64,000 nt of DNA, taken from Octopus bimaculoides. Taxonomy: Eukaryota. Under the pieces are notes generated by a model. It saw nothing but the letters and a program-made list of their open reading frames with translations. It searched no databases and was not told the origin of the DNA. The stretch covers positions 130,836,686-130,900,685 of the forward strand of contig NC_068983.1 in the NCBI RefSeq assembly GCF_001194135.2. The letters run 5' to 3'. Below are positions 12,699 to 25,186 of the stretch, piece after piece. How positions within the stretch are numbered: position 1 is the stretch's first letter; every line of letters starts with the position of its first letter. The translations under genes and the position numbers were made by a program.

Positions 12699-12783
12699 CT
12701 AATTACAGCTGTTTCTTACATAACCTTTTAATAGAAGAATGGGAACATTACATCATTATAAAAGACCGTAATAATCAGATGAG
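12699..12783 (-). ncRNA. Type-I hammerhead ribozyme motif (left arm; core variant CUGAUUA)
   Basis: Minus strand: ctcat-CTGATTA-ttacg...tgtaa-GAAAC-agct-GTA-attag. Long stem II; palindromic stem III ACAGCTGT. Confidence 0.6.
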
Positions 12784-13274
12784 AAGTAATTTTTTCAAAG
12801 CAAAGGAATATCCCAAGAAAACAGCCAGGATGTGGATAGAGTCTGTCGAAGCCAACAGTTAAATGGTCGAATGAGCAGCTATGTTAGCCGTTTAGGTTAA
12901 GAAGAAGAATGTAATATGATATCCAGGGTCAGTGACCCGGGCGAGAAGGCGTCTGCTAGGCTAGATTCTATGTAGGTTGGAGTGAGGTGTAGGAGATGAT
13001 TTATTATAGTAAGCTTGGCGTAGTGGTAAGTAAGGAGAGTTCATAAGACAACTAAGTATAAGGAAAGAAGAAAGGATGAATAAATTAAACGTGAGGGTGA
13101 AGGGAAAGATAAAAATAAAAATAAAAATCTTATATCCCGACCTTATATATGATTGGCTTGTATTCTTTTATTTTTCTTTTATTTTTATTTCTCCCTTCAC
13201 CTTACGCTTGATTTATTTATCCTTTCTTCTTTCCTTATACTTAATTGTCTTATGGACTCTCCTTAGTTACCACT

Positions 13275-13646
13275 GTGGAGGCGCAATGGCCCAGTGGTTA
13301 GGGCAGCGGACTCGCGGTCATAGGATTGCAGTTTCGATTCCCAGACCGGGCGTTGTGAGTGTTTATTGAGCGAAAACACCTAAATCTCCACGAGGCTCCG
13401 GCAGGGGATGGTGGTGAACCCTGCTTCCTTTCTCTCACTCTTGCTTCCTGTTTCTGTTGTGCCTGTAATTCAAAGCGTCAGCCTTGTCAATCTGTGTCAC
13501 GCTGAATATCCCCAAGAATTACGTTAAGGGTACACGTGTCTGTGGAATGCTCAGCCACTTGCACGTTAATTTCACGAGCAGGCAGTTCCATTGATCGGAT
13601 CAACTGGAAATCTCGACGTCGTAAGCGACGGAGTGCCAACAATAAC
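13275..13646 (+). mobile_element. tRNA-derived SINE (family A), full length with 10-bp TSD
   Basis: A-box TGGCCCAGTGG and B-box-like GTTTCGATTCC. TSD AGTTACCACT at 13265-13274 and 13647-13656. Homologous copies at 20563-20955 and 48773-49149. Confidence 0.92.
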
Positions 13647-13882
13647 AGTTACCACTACGCCAAGCTTACTATAATAAATTATCTCCTACACCACACTCCA
13701 GCCTACATACAACGTAGCCTAGCAGCGGCTTTCTCACCCGGGCCACTGACTTTGAATATCATATTACACCCTCTTCTTAACCTAAACGGCCAGCATAGCT
13801 GCTCATTCGACCATTTCAGAGTTGGCTTTCGACAGACTCTAGCTACATCTTGAGATATTCCTTTGCTTCATAAAAATTTCTT

Positions 13883-13967
13883 CTCATGTGATGATAACGG
13901 TCTTTTATAATGATGTTATGTTCTCGTTCTTCTATTAAAAGGTTACGTAAGAAACAGTTGTAATGAG
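13883..13967 (+). ncRNA. Type-I hammerhead ribozyme motif (right arm; core variant GUGAUGA)
   Basis: ctcat-GTGATGA-taacg...cgtaa-GAAAC-agtt-GTA-atgag. Stem I ctcat/atgag is perfect; GUA cleavage triplet at 13960-13962. Confidence 0.65.
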
Positions 13968-14639
13968 CTGACAGTTATCCATCGTTTATTATTATTTATT
14001 TGAATATATATATATATAATACATACTTTTATAATTAAGGTGGAGGGTTGGTTGCTGTGTGTGAATATTTGTATATGTATGTTTCTCTATGTCTTTCAAG
14101 AAAGAGACAAAGCAATAAAAATTTTACAAAGTCTTTCACTATTATGTCCAGTTGCTGATTTTGCTGTTGAGAGAGAAAAAAGTGAGAGAGATAGTGTGCA
14201 TGTGTGTATGTGTCTGTGTGTGTGTGCGTGCCTCTGTTTGTGCGTGTGTTTGTATGTGTGCGGGTGTGTGTGTATATGTGCAACAGAGACGGCTAGGTCC
14301 AGTCTTCTCTCTATATAACAGTCTACTTATTATCTGGCTGAACCATACGAGGCACATTATAAATAGCTTCAGTAATAGCGACCCCTTACTAGGGGTCGCT
14401 ATTACTGGAATAGATAGATAGATAGATAGATAATTGGGTACATATGCATGCATGTATAATTTTTCTTAAAAGCAAAATGAACGCAAACAATGCACAGTCA
14501 TAGAAATATATGTGTTTTGTGTGAACTTCTGATAAATGTGTGGTAAAATGTATTCTAGTAAATGACATAATGAACACGCAGATATGATAGCAAAGCACTT
14601 CCAGCAAAGAATTCAGTTAACTTTTGAGTAATAAAGACA

Positions 14640-16400
14640 CGTCGCGGTGAAAGCATGAGATTTCTTTCACAAGCACAATCCTTGTAGGGCATTTCTGTTT
14701 GCATGTGTAGAATATTTGAAAACATGTGTGAGAAGCAAATGATAAATGGTATAGAATATTCACCGTCCTGTCAGTAATAGCACTGCGAATGTTTCCTCTT
14801 CATATTGGTGCGTGCATATTTTCCCCAATGTGTCAGACGTTTTAAAACTTTTTCACAAGTATATCGGAATTGTGCATATTTTATATTACAGTTAACTTGC
14901 AGTATTTACGGTACAGATTAAAAAAACAAACATCTACGTTATATATACCTACACACATACACACACGCACACATACACAAACGCACGCACACGCGCACAC
15001 ACACACATATGTATGCGCGCGTGTGTGTGCGTGTGGGTGAGTGTGTCTGTAGTAGATTTATGCAAAGCATAGTGACTTTTTTCTACTAAAGATTATCAAG
15101 CCCTTTCTTGTGAAGTTTATTTTAAAGTATAGTCCTGTGAGTACAGCCAAATTGGTAGTATATTTATTTATACAAATTAGGCTGCGGAAGAAGAAATAGC
15201 GTTAATTTCTTTTGCAGTCCACCAAACTGGAAGTATTTCTAGATTTGATATACATCTTCATCATATTCTTAGAAAAAAATTTGGGAGGAAAGGCATCTCA
15301 GTTTTTCGGTCATCCGAATTTTTGACAGTGCGCACTCTGACAGCGTGGTATAGTTCTTGTTGTTCAGCCTCATGTTCTCCCTAATTCAGAAAATAAATTC
15401 ACAAAACATTAACATTATAAAAATTATCTTGAACAATTTATATAATGTGAGATAACCTTTTAAACTATTGTGGTGGTCTTAGTATCAATAAAATGTTGGC
15501 CAGATGAGTTTCTGCAATTAATATCATAATAGGGCATTGCATATGTTTAGACTATTACTGTTTTGTAACGACAAAATATTTTTAGTCATTCCAGACGATT
15601 TCTTTATTCTTCACATACAAAGGGGATGTATGTGTGAAGGCTGTCTAGGTGTATATTTTTAGTTGTATTTTGTCATCTGGGAAATGATATTATTCATGCA
15701 GGAATAGTTTATCTTAATTTTAGGTGAGTTGGACGTTGTGTATTATTGTGAAATATTGACATTGTAGTGACAGAAACTTCTTACATATTTTTTTTTCTTC
15801 TTAGCTGTATGAATGCCTAATGGTGGATTCAGTGTGGTTACTTTACCATTCCGGCTTCTTCTTCCTTTTTCAGGGTGGGTGAGAGTTTATTGTATATTAT
15901 TATCTAGTTATAACAAATGCACATATAAACCATGATCATTTGCATAACGTTCTTTACAGTCTATGATGAAAAACAAGACATCTGACAGTTTTTGACCCTT
16001 CAGACAAGGCTCAATTGGTTGCATCAATTTTATTTCTATCATTTAAGTTTTACATTTATTCCCCTAGATACACACTAAACTAAGTTCATATATTTTATGG
16101 CATATTTTCCGTAGAACACGTGTGTCGAATATATTAGCAAAGTCAAAATAGTAGGCACCTACTTTCGATTGGTCAAATATCTACTTTACCGACAATCGTA
16201 TTGTTACTACAGCAATGACATACAGCTTATGCGTTGACAATAACAAATTTGCGATTTTCCTGCTTTCTAGTTGTAAAACCTTGCCGATATAGGCAGACAA
16301 ATATATAAACCTATAATTTATAGCATCTGCTCTACTTTCTCATTTATAGTAACGACACATTACTCCCTCTTTTGGATGTTTGAGAATCTTAAAACATCCT
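14640..16400 (-). mobile_element. Very decayed piggyBac-like transposase relic
   Basis: Manual minus-strand translation gives collinear motif remnants: YK*ES..YRFIYLSAYIGK (~16230-16350), HGLYV (~15920), VWND*K (~15600), KTTTIV*KVISH (~15450), and Cys-rich tail remnants (YY*QD..., CFQIFYT, ~14720-14790). Many stops; no TTAA/TIR found. Confidence 0.4.
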
Positions 16401-17258
16401 AGAAAATATTGAGTATATTACTGGAGTATATGTGCATTTTATGTCTGTGTATGCATGCTTACATATACATACATATATGTGTATGTGTGTATGTAAATGT
16501 GTATGTATGTATGTATGTATCTATATACATGTATATATACATACATATGAGTATTTCTGATTTTTCAAAATCAGCTTTTTCTGATACCCTGTTTTTTTTA
16601 CAAATGGATTAAAACAGTGTCGAAACATTGTGAATACACGGATTTGATGGTGTCTTAAACAGACATCAAATGTCATGTGAAAAAGCTTACTTTTGAAATT
16701 AATTCGCTAAAGTTTATGTTAAAACATTAAATGGAAACATCACGTGATAGCCTCGTAGGAGACAGTGGGCAACGTGTGCCAAAGGATTTGAACATCAGAA
16801 TGAATTAGTTCCAGCTGTGATGTATGTATAAATCCTTTTTATAGCTGCTCGTTGAATTTGAAATTTTGCACATTGTTGGGTTTCAGAAGAAATTAACCGA
16901 CAAAGTAATACAAGAGTAAAAGTAAAAACTGACAACAAGAGTAAAAGTAAATAAAAACTGACAACAATATTTTATCTCACACATATCATCCAAAAATATA
17001 CCGGTTAAAGTGATATTGCTAAAGCTGGTCATTAAATCGTAAAGGAGAATTTGGTTGAAGAAATTTCATTTTCCTTTCTGTTCTGTGGCAAGAAATAACA
17101 AGATAAGTAGTTGCCTACATCTCTATGTTCAGAAGAAATGGGGATTTTCTGTTATTTTATATATTCTATTGCTATTGTTAAATTGCCATATATTTCCCAA
17201 AGTTTTATTATGAGGTCTCTTGCGACGAGTAATAGCTTACATAGAGCAGGACTTAAAT

Positions 17259-17302
<44 letters not shown>

Positions 17303-17408
17303 TGTGTATGTACATATACATTTATTTATGCATATATAGACGCACACATACATAGACACACACATATGTGTGTGTAGGTGTGTGTTTGCGGGTGGCATAT
17401 ACCTATAT

Positions 17409-17453
<45 letters not shown>

Positions 17454-17789
17454 TGTGTGTGTGTGTCTGTGTGTGTGTAGCAACTTTATTTCACTACCTG
17501 GTACATTTCTAGTGAATAATGAACTTGGGTAATATAACTACGAAGACAAGTGAATTTATTTCTTCACAATGTTATAATGTCAAACACGGACTTCCTCCGA
17601 CCATCCGTCCAACCAACCCCCATGATATCAAAAGTGCATTACATTAGCTTGTTATCTATAAATATTTTCACTGCTGCCACCTGAATGTACGAACATTTCT
17701 GTTCTCTAAACTAAAAGATCTGGTTTTAAGCTTCGCAGAGTCTATGTTTAACAAACTTAAAAACATGCTACAGAGCATCAGCATTTAAA

Positions 17790-17850
17790 TCATCATCATT
17801 GTCAACATCACCATCATCATCATCATCATTGTCAGCTACTGCTGCTGCTG

Positions 17851-17902
<52 letters not shown>

Positions 17903-17930
17903 TACTATTGCTGCTGCTGCAGCTGCAACG
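17790..17930. repeat. Compound trinucleotide array (CAT/GCT/ACT)
   Basis: Directly visible. Confidence 0.9.
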
Positions 17931-18539
17931 ACAATTTTTTTTAGAAATCATGTTGTCATTTCTACATATGCCGTGAGGAAGAAGTAAACTTGAAGGAAAG
18001 CATCTATCCAAACCTTGAATATAGAAATATTTGAATATAGAAATAGACGATTGGCTTAAGGCATAAACTAAAATCTTTTACCTGCATGCAAATATGTGTA
18101 GCACTGCTAGTATTTATATATCACTACAATACAGTGCCTTTAAAATATTTACATTACATCATATTGCACAATACTAGATTATATTGCAATATAACGCTGT
18201 ACAACCCTGCACTACACTACATTTCATTATTCTATACATTACAAAATCTTGTTCAGAACGACTCCAGACTGTCTATCTTTATACTACTAAAATTATGTGA
18301 TTGCTTTCTTGTTTGCATGTCTGTCATTTCATACAGCCAAAACCGGCGCATAATGAGAAAATATTCTGAAAGTAAAGTACCCCTGAGATGTGAATACAAA
18401 CGGAATAAAAGAAATTTCGTGTAAATTGAAGTACGAGTTACCGAGGTACGCGTTCTTTTTGAGGTTTCTTCCCACAAATTTAAGCAGTAAATCCTGGAGT
18501 TATTGCCGTTTGCTGTGAACACGGGTTAGCCTTTTGTTA

Positions 18540-20271
18540 GCATAACTACAGATATGTACCCCACTGACTTTGTTGCCTCATAACTTCCAGAAAAATGGAT
18601 ACCTTTTGACAAAACTTTCAACAAATACCGCTTACATGCTGTGGATTTAGTGTATGTAGGGATTTTTGAAAAAAATGGTTTACGAAGGGGTGGGGATAGG
18701 AGTTTCGGAAAATTCACACGATCCGACTTTCTCTCCTCGTAACTTCCAGGAAAATGGATTTCTTTTAATGAAATTTTATACAAATACCTTTCAAACGGCA
18801 TAGATTAAAATTATAAAGAAATTTATGGGGAAAATCTTTTCTGAGGTGGGGAGGAGAGGAGTTTCGATGAAACGGAGTTTCAGATCAGGAAGACCAAATA
18901 AGTTGGAACTATTCCCTTTTCATAGAGATTTTTCCAATTTTTTTATTCCACCATACCCTTCCAAATGATAAAGGTGGGGTATCTTTTTATTAAAAATGTT
19001 TTGAAAGTTTTTGAAATTCCTCACCATCCCTCTCCGGACGAATTTGGCCAATTTTCTTTTTTCTTTTTTTTCTTTTTTGTTAACTTAAAAAACCATGGGA
19101 AGAACCTTTTCGGTAAAAAATAATAACGTAAATATTTTCAGAGGAAAAGCTGTACGATTCAAGGGAGATTTGGCTGTTTTTTCTAGCACATTGTAAACCA
19201 CCCTCCGTTTTCACTCTCACATATATTGATGTTTTTTCTCAATATTTTTCTCCCGTTAAACAATTTATGGAATGGTGATGCCGAAGTAACATATTCGTGG
19301 TCCGTTGGTGGAATATAAACAACAAAACATTATAATTTTAATTTTTACACCCACCTCAGTCAAGCGAAGCCGTGTGTGAGTGTAAGAAAAATAGATTTTC
19401 TGAGAGAAAAGTACCATGTGAATAAATGCCAGCAATGACCTTCTCAAGTTCTCCAATATTTTAATGTATAAAAAGAAACAATCGGTGGCAGGGAGTGGGG
19501 TTGCAAAAAATTCAAAATTTTTCAATTTTTTTTATATCATATAAATACATTTATGGGGAGAAGAATATTGAAAAACATCAATACACTCGAGAGCGAGAAA
19601 TAAACGAGATGGGTTGTCTTGCGATGTGCTAGAAACAACAGCAAAATCTCCCTTAAATCACTCATTTTTTCGTCTGAAAATATTAGAAATTTTGTAAATA
19701 TTTTTTATTACCGAAAAGGCTCCTCCTGTGGTTTTGAAGCACAAAATAATTGGCCAAAATAGGTCCAGAGTGGGATGATGGGGTGAGGGATACAAAAAAG
19801 TTTTTAAACTTTTTTTTATAAGAAGACGTTCCAGGACCACATAATTTCCAAGTCAGTGGTTTAAGAACAACGGGAGAATCCCCGTCAAAACGGACTAGCT
19901 CCAACTTATTATTATTTGGTCTTCCTGATCTGAAACTCAGTTTTTCGAAACTCCTCTCCCCACACCCTTGAAAAAATTCTCATTTCAGATTTCTTTATAA
20001 TCGTAATCTATGCCGTTTGAAAGGTATTTGCATGAAATTTCATTAAAAATATCCATTTTTCTGAAAGTTATGTGGCAAAAAATTCGGATCGGGTGAATTT
20101 ACCGAAACTCTTCTCCCTACCCCCTCGGAACTTTTTTCCCATAAATCCCTATATACCTTGAATCCACATAATCTAAACGGTATTTCTTGAAACTTTCGTT
20201 AAAAACTACCCATTTTTCTAGACGTTATGAGCCAACAAATTTGGGCGGGGTGTTAACATCTGTAGTTACGC
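18540..20271. mobile_element. Foldback-type element with ~730-bp diverged inverted arms and ~270-bp loop
   Basis: 18540-19265 vs the reverse complement of 19540-20271 share collinear blocks (gcataactacagat; gagtttcagatcaggaagaccaaataa; tttggccaatt; aagggagattt; tattgatgttttt). The arms contain internal ~125-bp subrepeats (taacttccagaaaaatggat). Confidence 0.8.
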
Positions 20272-20562
20272 CAGTTTTGTTTGTGTGCTTGCTTGCGTGC
20301 GTGCTTGTCTGTTAGTTAATACAGCCAAACCAGCGCATAGTGGGAAATACTCTGAAAGTAAGATGTACCTGAAATGTGAATACAAACAGAATAAAACAAG
20401 TTTCGCGTAAAATCGAACCACGGATTCCTGAGATAGGCAAGACGGTACCTAATGGGAAAATACTCTGAAAGTAATATAACCCTGAAATGGGAAAATTACT
20501 TCCATTAATTTTATGTTTACGTTATATAACAATTCCTTTTGCATTTTTGTAGAAGTATGCAC

Positions 20563-20955
20563 ATGTTGTTGTTGTTGGCACTCCGTCGCTTACGACGTCG
20601 AGGGTTCCAGTTGATCCGATCAACGGAACAGCCTGCTCGTGAAATCAACGTGAAAGTGGCTGGGCACTCCATAGACACGTGTACCCTTAACGTAGTTCTC
20701 GGGGATATTCAGCGTGACACAGTGTGACAAGGCTGGCCCTATGAAATACAGGTACAACAGAAATAGGAAGAAAGAGTGAGGGAAAATTGTGGTGAAAGAG
20801 TACAGCAGGGTTCGCCACCATCCACTGCCGGAGCCTCGTGGAGCTTTTAGGTGTTCTTTGCTCAATAAACACTCACAACGCCCGTCTGGGAATCGAAACC
20901 GTGATCCTATGACCACAAGTTCGCTACCCTAACCACTGGGCCATTGCGCTTCTAC
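20563..20955 (-). mobile_element. tRNA-derived SINE (family A)
   Basis: Reverse-complement homolog of 13275-13646, with a (CAA)n tail. Confidence 0.9.
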
Positions 20956-22451
20956 CAATCGAAGTACCTGCATGTAAATATGTGTGGCACTGCTTTTGTT
21001 TATACACTACAATACAGTGCCTTACCATATTTACACTACACCATATTGCGCAAGGCTAGATTATATTGCAATATATTACTCAATAACTATACCACACATG
21101 TAACACATTACATTATTCTATACGCTACAATTTCTTGTTCAGCGTGAACCCAGAACATAGTACCTAATACTGCACTATATTGCCCGACAAATTGGCGCAG
21201 TGATAAGAGCATTGGATAACTCTTTGCTATGAACCAATGAGAGAGCCTCAAATAGATTACTACACCTGACAAAAGTAACCGTCAAATCTCCTTGAAATCC
21301 CACCTAGAGTCTTGGTGCCTGATTAAATAGCTTGGTAACTGCAGCTGTTCAAATACATTGCTTTAATTGCGAGCTTCCAATAATACTAATCTTGTTAGTG
21401 TTAAAACTGACGAGATAGATTCACAAATTCCTCTCATAACCAGATTTACTGGATGAAGAAACAATAACTCCTTTGCACAGTAGGATTAAATTATTTCAAT
21501 CTTAATAGATTCAAGTAGAAATATTTAATTTATTGTAAACGTAGAAGTTCTTCAATTGGTTCACTTGCACAAAATCTGTCACGTTATTATAATAGATACT
21601 TACAACGAAGTAAAAAGGATATTAGCAGTTAAAACGAAGTTTAAACATAAAATTAGGTGCAAAAATTTAAGGGAATGTTTAATGATATTTGAAACAGTTA
21701 TTTAAGCAGATATTAAAATAGAAGATAGTTAAAGTAATTAAATAGTTATTTAAGTATCAAAATATCTAAGGATATATAGCTTACTTGGAACTAAAATATC
21801 CAATATGGTCTTTCGTAGATCAGAGAAGCATAATTTTAATTAACAAATTTGGTTACTATTTCGATCAGGCCCAGCAACCTGATAGTAGAGGAGGGTAGAT
21901 GATCATACGTTGTTACGAGATGCATTTGCATTTAAAAGACCGAGAATGGTAAAAACAGGGAATGATAAATTCAAAGACAGAAACGGAGCGAGACACGGAG
22001 AAAAAAATTTGAAAGAAAGACAAAGAGAGGTAGAGGCGTGACAAAGCTCATTGTAAGAATGTCACTGTAACATTTGGCCGTATCTCTATTTATAATATAT
22101 NNNNNNNNNNNNNNNNNNNNNNNNNNNNNNNNNNNNNNNNNNNNNNNNNNNNNNNNNNNNNNNNNNNNNNNNNNNNNNNNNNNNNNNNNNNNNNNNNNNN
22201 NNNNNNNNNNNNNNNNNNNNNNNNNNNNNNNNNNNNNNNNNNNNNNNNNNNNNNNNNNNNNNNNNNNNNNNNNNNNNNNNNNNNNNNNNNNNNNNNNNNN
22301 NNNNNNNNNNNNNNNNNNNNNNNNNNNNNNNNNNNNNNNNNNNNNNNNNNNNNNNNNNNNNNNNNNNNNNNNNNNNNNNNNNNNNNNNNNNNNNNNNNNN
22401 NNNNNNNNNNGTGGAAAAAAAGTAAGAAATAACTAGAGAATGATATATAAA

Positions 22452-22453
22452 AA

Positions 22454-22506
<53 letters not shown>

Positions 22507-22611
22507 ATGACGACGATGATGACGATGATGATGGTGGTGGTGGTGGTGGTGGTGGTGGTGGCAGAGGAGGAAGACGAGGACGAGGACGAAGAGGAGGAGG
22601 AGGAGGAGGAG

Positions 22612-22647
<36 letters not shown>

Positions 22648-22740
22648 AAAGAGACCGACAAGAGAAATAACGATTAGAAGAAGAAGAAGAAGAAGAACAA
22701 GAACAAGAAGAAAAGAGTGAATGAATGAATGAATGATTGG
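22452..22740. repeat. Compound trinucleotide array (GCT, GAT, GGT, GAG, GAC, GAA) plus (GAAT)n
   Basis: Directly visible. Confidence 0.95.
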
Positions 22741-23424
22741 ATGGATGAATGCATTTTGGTATAATCTTGTGATATGATGCGGAAACTTATGACACAGAAT
22801 GTGTTCTGAAACAAAAGACAAAGAGTGATTACAAGCGTGCGAGACAGAGGTTACACAAGTGAATTATGAAGAAGCAAGTATAACCATGTCAAAGCACAGA
22901 CATATTCAAATACGTATATAAAAAAGATGCAATCATTTTTGCATGCATATACAGTGTTATATGTATAGAGTTTAGGTAATGCAAATAGGAAAATGAATCC
23001 AAAATCATTTATAAGCTTCAGCCTATGTTGGAGTACCACTACTGTCTGGAAAAAGTCGCAAAGTGACTCAAGTGTTTAGAGTTTTGTGCTTGGCACTTAC
23101 CAAATTGTCATGGTCGTAACTCGAAATTATTGTCCCTTTAGAACTTAGGATTCTTAGAACATTTACGCTCTCTTATAAAAGAAATCTAAGTAATAACTTA
23201 ATCAAGCTTCTCGAAATATGATTCACTAAATCTATAAACTACACTATTCATTAAATCACTTCACTAAATCACTTCTAACTTTAACTATCGGACATATTTG
23301 TCTTTCTCTTATTTTCTGCTATTGAATCTGATCCTACTCTCCCCATTTTGCCTGTTGGCCATATTGTTCCATTTCTACATCAATAATAAGTAAATAAATA
23401 ACTAAATAAATATGTTCGCGCACA

Positions 23425-23457
23425 CATGTGTGTATGTGAGTGTGTGTGTGTGTGTGA

Positions 23458-23550
<93 letters not shown>

Positions 23551-23555
23551 CGTAC
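23425..23555. repeat. (TG)n microsatellite
   Basis: Directly visible. Confidence 0.95.
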
Positions 23556-24899
23556 TCCCACAGCTAATTACCTTTCTTTTAAGTAACTATATACGTACAT
23601 TTTTCTATGTCTGCATTTGTATATGCGTGTGTGTGTAAGCATGCATGCCTCTCTGGCTTTCTATATATTTACGTGTACCTATATATGTGCATGTGTGTGT
23701 GTTATGTGTGTGTCTGTATACTTTGGGCGTCTATAGAGATCTTTTACTGGTTGATCTAATTACTGTTTATCTACAACAGAGTATACGTATCTATATACAC
23801 ATTTTAAAATTAATCTGATCTTAACTATGGGAGCAGCTCCTGGATTTCATCCGCTACATGCATGTATGTTTTCTCATTGATAATGTCTTTTTTTTCTGTG
23901 TATTTGCATAAATGTAATTGTTTTAGAACTGCCCTTTATGTTTGAGTCTCCGATGAAGCTATAAAATGTTACTCAGGCACTCAAATGAGTTCAATGCATG
24001 TCATAGCAGAAACAGTTGTAAGCTGATGAAGTTCATAAAATGATTTATCCCTTTGTCTTATCATTTTATCATATATACATGTGTGGGTGTGTATATATAT
24101 CCATATATATTTATGTATGTAAATATATATATATATATATATATATGTTTGTGTGAGTGTGCGCGTGTGTGTACATATATGTGTGCGTGTACGAGCGCGC
24201 GTGTGTATACTTACTATGAAATGATACAGGAAAACAACAATGTGACAATATAAATGATAAATTGAAACTAGATTATATGGATATTATGACAATAAAACAA
24301 TAAATTTATCTTGAACTGCATAACAAAGTATAAACAGAATATATGAAACGATAAACTCGAGGGTAGCTACATTAGGAAGCATTAACAAAAATAAAATAAT
24401 ATGTAAACGATAAATTCGTCTTGAATCGCTTCAGAACTTATAAACACGGATAAACGGAAAGAACAGGTCACAGCGCCAACGCCATTTTTGTTGTTGAGCG
24501 TTCTATAACTTTAACTGTGCTCAATGAAGCAGGGTAGGCAGGTATTTGACCCTATACAATCAATCAAATGGAAAACAGAAGAAACACCAAGATATCATTG
24601 ATTTGTACATCGAAATTGCAGACGTTGGCAAATAAGAAAGAAACAAAAAAAATGTATCGCATGATATTGTAGTATAGATTTGTATTTTTTTCTTGATTTT
24701 TTGTTTGTGTGTTTATTATTCTGTTTTTTTTTTTTTATTTATGTATGTCTGTAGTTTTTCTACTCCAAAGAATGTGAAGAATATCGAAATTGTATCACCA
24801 ATGATTTATTTCTAATTAACTAAAACTTCCATGTTCTTTTCACATGTCTATTACCCTGGTTATTACTCTTTTTGCTTTTTTAGTTATTTTTATTGTTAC

Positions 24900-24923
24900 T
24901 ATCTTTATCATCATCATCATCAA

Positions 24924-24976
<53 letters not shown>

Positions 24977-25113
24977 ACATTATCATCAGCATCAGCATCG
25001 TCGTCGTCATCATCATCATCATTAATATTAATATTAATAAATATATATGAGTGTGTATGAGTGTGTTTGTGTACACATACATGTTTATACCTACACACAC
25101 ACACACACACTCT

Positions 25114-25157
<44 letters not shown>

Positions 25158-25186
25158 CATATAAATATATACTCACGCATATATAT
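24900..25186. repeat. (CAT)n, (CA)n and (TA)n arrays running into a gap
   Basis: Directly visible. Confidence 0.9.

Larger units (their letters stand above)
12660..14005. mobile_element. ~1-kb palindromic element with terminal hammerhead-like motifs, interrupted by a SINE
   Basis: Left arm ~12660-13130 is the diverged reverse complement of the right arm (13165-13274 plus 13657-14005); short spacer at ~13130-13165. Confidence 0.85.

Noticed and set aside
14660-14860. Decayed C2H2 zinc-finger (HMQTEMPYKDCAC) on the minus strand
   Set aside because: Cys/His spacing is not C2H2; better explained as the Cys-rich tail of the piggyBac-like relic, or chance.
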